The notes beneath the pieces were generated by a model. It made no database searches, was not told the DNA's origin, and worked only from the letters and a program-made list of their open reading frames with translations. Below are positions 57,392-64,000 of a stretch of 64,000 nt of DNA, one piece after another. Numbering within the stretch: the stretch's first letter is position 1; each line of letters starts with the position of its first letter. Made by a program: the position numbers and the translations under genes. Source of the DNA: Tubulanus polymorphus (taxonomy: Eukaryota > Animalia > Nemertea); NCBI RefSeq assembly GCF_964204645.1, contig NC_134033.1, positions 6,410,231-6,474,230 of the forward strand, in the 5' to 3' direction.

Positions 57392-59761
57392 TTGAACGTT
57401 TCGATGCCGAAGATAAAGAAAACGATAATCGAAAATTACTTCAGTGACATTTGTATACCAGAAACGTCATCCGGGCAAGTGGAAGTTCTGCTGGGAGCCA
57501 ACGTCATCAAAGCCATCATCCAGCACGAAGTCAGAACAGCAGGGCCCGGCCGACCGATTGCCGTAAGAACCGATTTTGGTTGGGCCGTTACTGTCAATAT
57601 GGCGAATACCGAACAGACGACTGAAAGAAACGTATTGTGCCTCGGGAAGTCAACCGATAATATCCACGAGACGCTTGACGCATGGTGGTCAACGGAGTCT
57701 TTCGGAACGAAGTACGACAAGCCCGTAGCCGAATCCCGAGAAGATATCAGAGCCGATAAGAACCTGCGAGAGAGAATGAGATGTCTCGGTGACAGATACG
57801 AGACGAGCCTGCTGTGGAAGAACGACGACGTGCAGTTACCGAATAATCGCCATATGGCCTACCGCCGATTAGAAACGACCGAGAAGTCCTTGATTCGTGA
57901 CCCAGCGAAGGCAGAAGCATATAAGCAGACATTCGCAGCTTACATCGCCGATGGTTACGCCCGTAAACTGACACCACTTGAAGCTGCCTCTAACGAGAAG
58001 AAGAGATTGTATTTGCCGCATCACGCCGTCGTAAACCCGAACAAGAAGAAGATCAGAGTAGTATTTGACGCTGCTGCCACTTACCAGGGAGTGTCACTGA
58101 ATAACCAACTCATAACCGGCCCAGATCTGCTCCAATGCCTACCGGGAATCCTACTAAGATTCAGAGAAGAGCCGATTGCTATAACGGCCGATATTGAGCA
58201 GATGTATCACCAAATAAAAGTTCGAGAAGAAGACCGACCAGCGCTCAGTTTTCTGTGGAGAGACCTAGATACCACGAGTCCGCCAGACGTCTACGAAATG
58301 CAAGTCACAATCTTCGGCGCCCGGTGTTCTCCAGCCATGGCGAATTACGTCTTAAGAAAGACAGCAGAAGACAACGAATCAGAAGTAGACACAGACACTG
58401 CCGCGGCCATTAGAAAACATTTCTACATGGACGATTTTCTGAAGCTATTCAACGCGCAAAGGATGTAACAATGCTGCTGAAACGTGGTGGATTCAGACTG
58501 ACGAAATGGACGAGCAACAGCCGTGAAGTCCTGCAAGCATTACCACCATCCGAAGTCAGCTGCCAGACGATCGATCTCATGGCCGACCAGCTACCCGCTG
58601 AACGTACCCTCGGGGTGATATGGTATCCAGAGTCAGACACGATTGGCTTCAAGGTCCGAGAAGCAATGACGCCGGCTACCAAACGGGGAGTGCTTAGCAA
58701 AGTTTCATCAGTTTTTGACCCGTTTGGCATTGCTGCACCATTCACAGTGAAAATCATGATGCAACGTCTTTGGTGTCAGAAACTCGACTGGAATGATGAA
58801 CTAACTGGGGTTGACCTGGAAAATTGGCAGATGTGGCTCGAAGAATTGATCAAACTTGAGATGCTGAAAATTCCGAGATGTTACCGAGTACAAGATGTGC
58901 CGTCGACCGGGCGACAACTACACGTCTTCTGTGACGCATCCGATAAAGCCTTTGGTGCCGTGGCTTACCTCCGCACGCAACACGCTGATGGCAACGTCCG
59001 AGTCGCATTCGTCATGAGCAGATATCGCGTCGCCCCGCCGAAGAAACTATCAATAGTTCAGTTAGAGATGCAAGCAGCAGTCCTGGCCGTGAGACTAGCC
59101 GACACCATTCGCAAAGAAATGAGCTACGTAATCGATGAGACGATATTCTGGTCAGACAGCGAAATTGTGCTGAAGTATATCGCAAACGAAACGAAACGAT
59201 TCCACATCTTCATCGCCAATCGGGTAGCTGAAATCCACGACTCCTCGCACCCAAACCAATGGCGACACATCCCAGGCAGTCTGAACCAAGCTGACATTGT
59301 GTCGAGAGGTGCCACCGTCACAGAACTCAAGTCCAGCGTCTGGCTAGAAGGGCCTGAATTCCTAGAACTTGATGACACAAACTGGCCGAAGCCGAAACTA
59401 GACGACTCAACACTGCAAGACGATCCCGAAGTTAAGAAAGTCAACACACTGTCCGTCGCAGAAGTGTCAACCGCGCTTCCGGACCCTGCCAGATGGTCGT
59501 CGTGGATGAAATACAAACGAGTCGTCGCGACAGTAGTCAGGGCTAAGTCGATCCTGATGAAGTGAGACGTCGCGAACACCGACCCGCTGAAAGTTTCAGA
59601 GCTCGAAGAGGTGGAAATCCTGATTTTTTAAGCGGCACAAGAAGCAGCGTACGGCGACGAAATAGATGATTTACGAAGCCACCGACCAATCTCGAGAACT
59701 AGCAAAATACTGGCGTTAACTCCGAAGCTTGATGAGAACGATGTCTTGAGAGTAGGTGGTC
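57392..59761 (+). pseudogene. BEL/Pao pol (RT, Pao peptidase A17/RNase H region), frameshifted
   Basis: ORFs 57392..58468 and 58471..59565 carry BEL motifs (TKRGVLSKVSSVFDPFG, FWSDSEIVL, FIANRVAEI, WRHIPGSLNQADIVSRG). Confidence 0.92.
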
Positions 59762-59905
59762 AGTAATTGTATATATCTTGTTTCATACCAAAGGTCGAAG
59801 GGTCGAGCTCAATAAAAATAGATTCTCACACGCTCGAATTTATTTTTATTTTTTACTCACTCGCCCCTTCAACCTTTGATAGCAAACAAGATATATACAA
59901 TTACT
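59762..59905. repeat. 144-nt imperfect hairpin at the edge of an AT-rich foreign block
   Basis: Perfect 22-bp outer stem agtaattgtatatatcttgttt / aaacaagatatatacaattact plus a mismatched inner stem. Confidence 0.9.
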
Positions 59906-60551
59906 CTAATAATTTCAAATTTTAAAAGTGTGAGTAAAGTGTTAGCATAATAATCTAGATAAATACGATCAAATATAGATTTCGAATAATAAAAAATCAA
60001 TTTTTAAACATAAAAAGTGTGAGTGAAATAATTCATATTTTAACATTGAATATTTATATTTATATGCGTTAGGTTCTTGATTTTAAACTTAAAGGTGTGA
60101 GTAATGTGTGAGTGAAATAATTCATATTTTAACATTGAATAATTGTTTGAGTGAGATTTATTTTAATAAAAGTTGTGTAATAAAAATGAAGACAGAAGAA
60201 GAAGAACCCAAATTCAAAATCGAAATAACAGAAACTAATATCTTATTTTCATTATCTAACATTAAAAATTATATTTCAGCAACAAATTTAGTGTATGGAA
60301 GACAATATAAAATTGATAATATTACTATGATTAATCAAATATTATTTAATTACTGTACTAATAGATACTTTAGATAATGGTGCTAAAAATCCTAAAATAT
60401 TTAATACAGTTTTGAATTATAAAGGAACTTTAGATGAAAAAAATTATAAATATTCTTCAAACTCCGTTTAATGAAAGAAATGATGATTTAATACTTTCTA
60501 AAAGTTGCAATGATTTGATTAACTTAAGAATTGAAAAACGGCAATTATATT

Positions 60552-60791
60552 ATGTATAATGAAAATTCATCAAATATTGGAATTCAATGTGAATCATTTA
60601 ATAATAATTCTTATAAAGATATTGGAATTCAATGTAAATTAGATGATGAATTTAAAAAGTTCAATCTTAATGAGAAAGTGTATTGTGATTGTGGAGGTAA
60701 ATATTTAAGATCATATAAATCAAAACATTATCAAACAATTAAACATATCAAATATGAAATGAATAATAATTCTATATTGAAAAAAGATTAA
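60552..60791 (+). CDS. Small protein with two IGIQC motifs and a CxCG…H…H zinc finger
   Basis: MYNENSSNIGIQCE…DIGIQCK…EKVYCDCGGKYLRSYKSKHYQTIKH. Confidence 0.5.
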   Translation: MYNENSSNIGIQCESFNNNSYKDIGIQCKLDDEFKKFNLNEKVYCDCGGKYLRSYKSKHYQTIKHIKYEMNNNSILKKD

Positions 60792-61443
60792 GCTGTATGT
60801 TTCAAATATATAATAGTTAAAACATTGAGAAATTAGTTAATGAATAACTGTTAGACAGTAAGTTTAATTGTTATTTGATTTAATCATATAGAAGTTTAAT
60901 ATTTTGAAAATGATTATTGAATATTAAATCAAAAACTAGTAAATACTTTTTAATCTTTTAATTTTTTTCTTAAATAAATGGATGGTTTCATTCCAACCGG
61001 AAGTAGTGATTTGAAACATTATTTAGTTGCTGGACGTTTAATATTGGCTGCGCTTTACTTTTACTATGAAAATATCAGTAAGGATCGGATTAATGAAAAT
61101 ATGAAATTAAGTAAGAAATTAAAGAAGTTAAATGGAAATAATAAAAATAATCATAAAAAAGTTAATATTGAATCAGATTAGTGAATTTATCTAATAATTA
61201 AATGAGTGAAAATATACCAAATTTATTACACCTTATTTACAGAAATCAAGAGCAACTGAAATTAATTATTATGATTTCTGGAATGGTTTCTTTTTCAGTA
61301 AGTGATGTCTCAGAAGTGATTTATTCATATATGATATTAAATTTCTTTACATTTGACTAGAATAATACAAGAGCGATATAAGTTAGTTAGTTTATTCAAT
61401 TAGAAAAACAATAAAATGATACAAGAATGATATTAGCAGTTAA

Positions 61444-62065
61444 GTAACCGTTACAACCGTATCACAGCCAGATGGCTACAGTTTGCGTGGACCTGGTTGC
61501 CACCGAGATCGCGTATCATAATCGTAAACACGTGTATAATTTTTGTTTTTAACGAGTTTAAGACTGTGTCTGTTCTCTCGTTTGTTTATTTTGTGCTTTA
61601 TATAGTAACATTTTGACAGTTCTGTAAAGTTTTGAAACATTCTCAACAGATTGTAATCTTAATTAGTTTCTAGCCGATTTTGTATAAAAGCCGTAGCAAA
61701 TTCTCTGTAAAATCAGTTCATCTTTGTAAGCCTGATGGTGCACGTCTCTCTGCCAAATAAATCGCTCTCGTCTTTACTCTGAAGGAGTTAGTCATTTCAT
61801 GACCAAGGGACAGGACGACGACTTTGCCTCGCTTTGCTGCTTCAAGGGACAGGACGACGACTCTGCCTCGCTTTTGCTGCTTCAACCAGGGAACGCGGTG
61901 ACTCTGGCCGACTCGCTAATTTTGCCTCCGCCTGGTGACCCGCCTGGCTTTGCCTTGCTTCTGTCATATACAGTCCTCCTCGCTCAATCGCTTCCTCACT
62001 CCCCATCGACTGTCAGTGGAGTGAGCCCGAAACCCCGTGGTGTTGGACCGAGAACTCTCCCAACA
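61444..62065 (+). repeat. Partial second BEL LTR copy (R/U5 part only)
   Basis: Aligns with the first LTR from gtaaccgttac to ctcccaaca; not followed by a PBS. Confidence 0.88.
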
Positions 62066-63440
62066 GACTGATTCCGAGAAGAAAATGTAATTCAATTCAA
62101 TTGACCACTATAAAGAAATTGAGCTTCCTAAGACATCGAATATAGCTGAATTACAAGCTGATTGTCCTGAAATCGGTCCACTTCTAGCACTAAAATTGGA
62201 TTCTGACGATCTGCCCATTGATGACAATGAGGCCCGAAGTTGTACCTTCGGTCAAATCTTTTCACTGTTGATAACGTCGCATTGTACTTCCTGTATACTC
62301 CACGTGACTTCTGTTCGAAAAGCTGAAAAAATCCTTCGTCTTTTAGTAGTTCCCATCTCATTACGCAAAGATGTTCTCAAAGCCTACCATGACTCCCTAG
62401 TAGGTGGCTACCATCAGGGTCAGGACCGACTATGTGGAGTTCTTCGCACCAAGTAATTGGGATTCTATGTATAAAGATTGCCGCGATTACGTCGCAACCT
62501 GCGAAACATGTCAAGAGAAACGAGATTATACCAAACACCCAGCACCTCTGCAACCCCTTCCAATTGAATAACGTTTCTCTCGATGGCATATTGACTTTCT
62601 CGGCCCAATAACACATACCAAAGATGGCAATAAGGTTATCCTCTTAGTTGTAGATAGCAATTCAAAATGACCAGAAGCGTTTGCCCTAGAATCCCAGGAT
62701 ACCATTGAAGTTGCAAATGCTCTATTCCGCGAGATATTTTGTCGTTATGGAGCACCTAGGTCATTCGTCTCAGATAGAGGTAAAACTCTCATGTCCAATT
62801 TACTCAAGGCTTTATGTGAACACTTCCAACCAAACAATGCTACACTGCCCCTTATCGACCCCAATCAAATGCAGTCTGTGAGCGCACTAACCAATTCATT
62901 TGGCAATCACTCAGGGCGTACAAAAATGAAGCCCAAGACAATAAGGATAAGCTTCTCCCATCTATCATGATGAGTTTTCGGCATGCACCGTCAGCTGAAG
63001 GGTCAGGCTTTAGCCCATTTTATATGTTGTATGGTGAGGACATGCGCCTCCCGATAGATCCAGCCCTCATCCCACGGGACACATTGTCGAAAAACCACAG
63101 TCTACCTGCAAAATATTCTCCGTGAGCTCTCAATATCTCACAAAATTGCAAATGAGAACATAGCTAGATCTCAAGCTAGATACAAAGCAAAGCATGATAA
63201 AAAGGCATCTGTGCCCGCATTTAAGGTCAATGATAGAGTTTGGCGTCACGTGATGAAGGTTTAACCCCCAAATTATGTAAGAAATTTATCGGCCCGTACT
63301 ACATCACTAACATTGGCGAAAAATGCACTTATCAGCTAAGAAACGTCTCCGACAATACGTTACTCAAATCCATGATTAACGCCGATGGGTTAAACATCTT
63401 TAAAGAAACAGCACCGGTTTCACTAACACGAATGTCAGCT
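62066..63440 (+). pseudogene. Ty3/Gypsy integrase remnant
   Basis: HDSLVGGYHQG…CETCQ zinc finger, WHIDFLGP, LLVVDS, RYGAPRSFVSDRG, SNAVCERTN, GFSPFYMLYG and KFIGPY; multiple stops and frameshifts. Confidence 0.88.
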
Positions 63441-64000
63441 TGAATATCAGTAGAATAATCAGCTTGTTGATTGAGGCTGGTCACCAGGGGCCAGTTTTAA
63501 AGACTGGTATTATTTTTTCCCCGAGACTTTCGATTGAAAATGAATTGAGTCTGCCCCCGGGTTAAAGTTAATACTATTCTATGAAACCAGCCCCATGATG
63601 ATGATTAGAAATGATGAGAAAACCTTAGGGCTATCAACCAAATGGCTTCAGAACACAATAGCTTCAAAGTACGTAGGTAAAGATAGATCCTAGAATGAAA
63701 GAGATCCCCATATAGATTGCCATAATTCTGCAAGTGGGATTCTTGACGACTTACGGTTATATGTATGAAATTCCCTCGGGACTTTTTTGCCTGTAGTAAG
63801 GCAATCAAACACGGTTGGGGATTCCCCCTTCAATATTCGGCTCGGACACCTGTTAGCCTACTAGGATACCTCTCCCCTCTAAAGGTGTGATTATTTCAAA
63901 AGTTAGGTTAGGTTTGTGGGACGAAAATCACTTCAATGCGTAGCTAAGATGCTGATCTAAACAGCCGTAAACGGCATTTCTCCTGGGTCGACGCGCTTAC

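Larger units (their letters stand above)
51198..59761 (+). mobile_element. BEL/Pao LTR retrotransposon, inactive, truncated before integrase
   Basis: LTR ending …cccaaaca (53368), tRNA-Tyr-type PBS, gag ([15 protein letters not shown]; CFCCLGEGH…CKGKHHPLLH), protease LLDSG, RT YLPHHAV/RVVFDAA/YMDD, RNase H HVFCDAS; ends at LRVGG. The LTR 5' boundary is approximate. Confidence 0.92.
59762..61443 (+). other. AT-rich virus-like or Polinton-like fragment with compact small ORFs
   Basis: Abrupt composition shift; co-oriented intronless ORFs at 60186, 60552, 60978 and 61202; CDCGGKY…KSKHYQTIKH finger. Confidence 0.5.

Overview
This is animal (invertebrate-type) nuclear DNA, not prokaryotic. The main feature is one 13-coding-exon gene on the + strand, TBL1XR1/ebi (LisH + WD40 corepressor subunit, 491 aa, CDS 12518..44326), which I assembled by hand from GT-AG junctions with consistent phases. 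Its introns hold many non-autonomous transposons: Helentron/HINE-type, hAT-, PIF-, piggyBac-, pogo- and Mutator-like MITEs, a 76-bp tandem array, and a near-complete DIRS1 tyrosine-recombinase retrotransposon (ITRs, ICR, gag, RT-RNaseH-methyltransferase, truncated YR) in intron 11. Downstream (47-64 kb) is a cluster of decayed TEs: a LINE, a BEL/Pao LTR element with a 1.74-kb tandem gag duplication, and a Gypsy integrase remnant. The least explained segment is a 1.7-kb very AT-rich block at 59762-61443. It begins with a 144-nt imperfect hairpin followed by iterated GTGTGAGT motifs and carries compact virus-like ORFs, so it is a candidate endogenised terminus of a linear DNA virus or element. 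Most short ORFs in the supplied track are spurious. All family assignments come from motif recognition; no database search was run.
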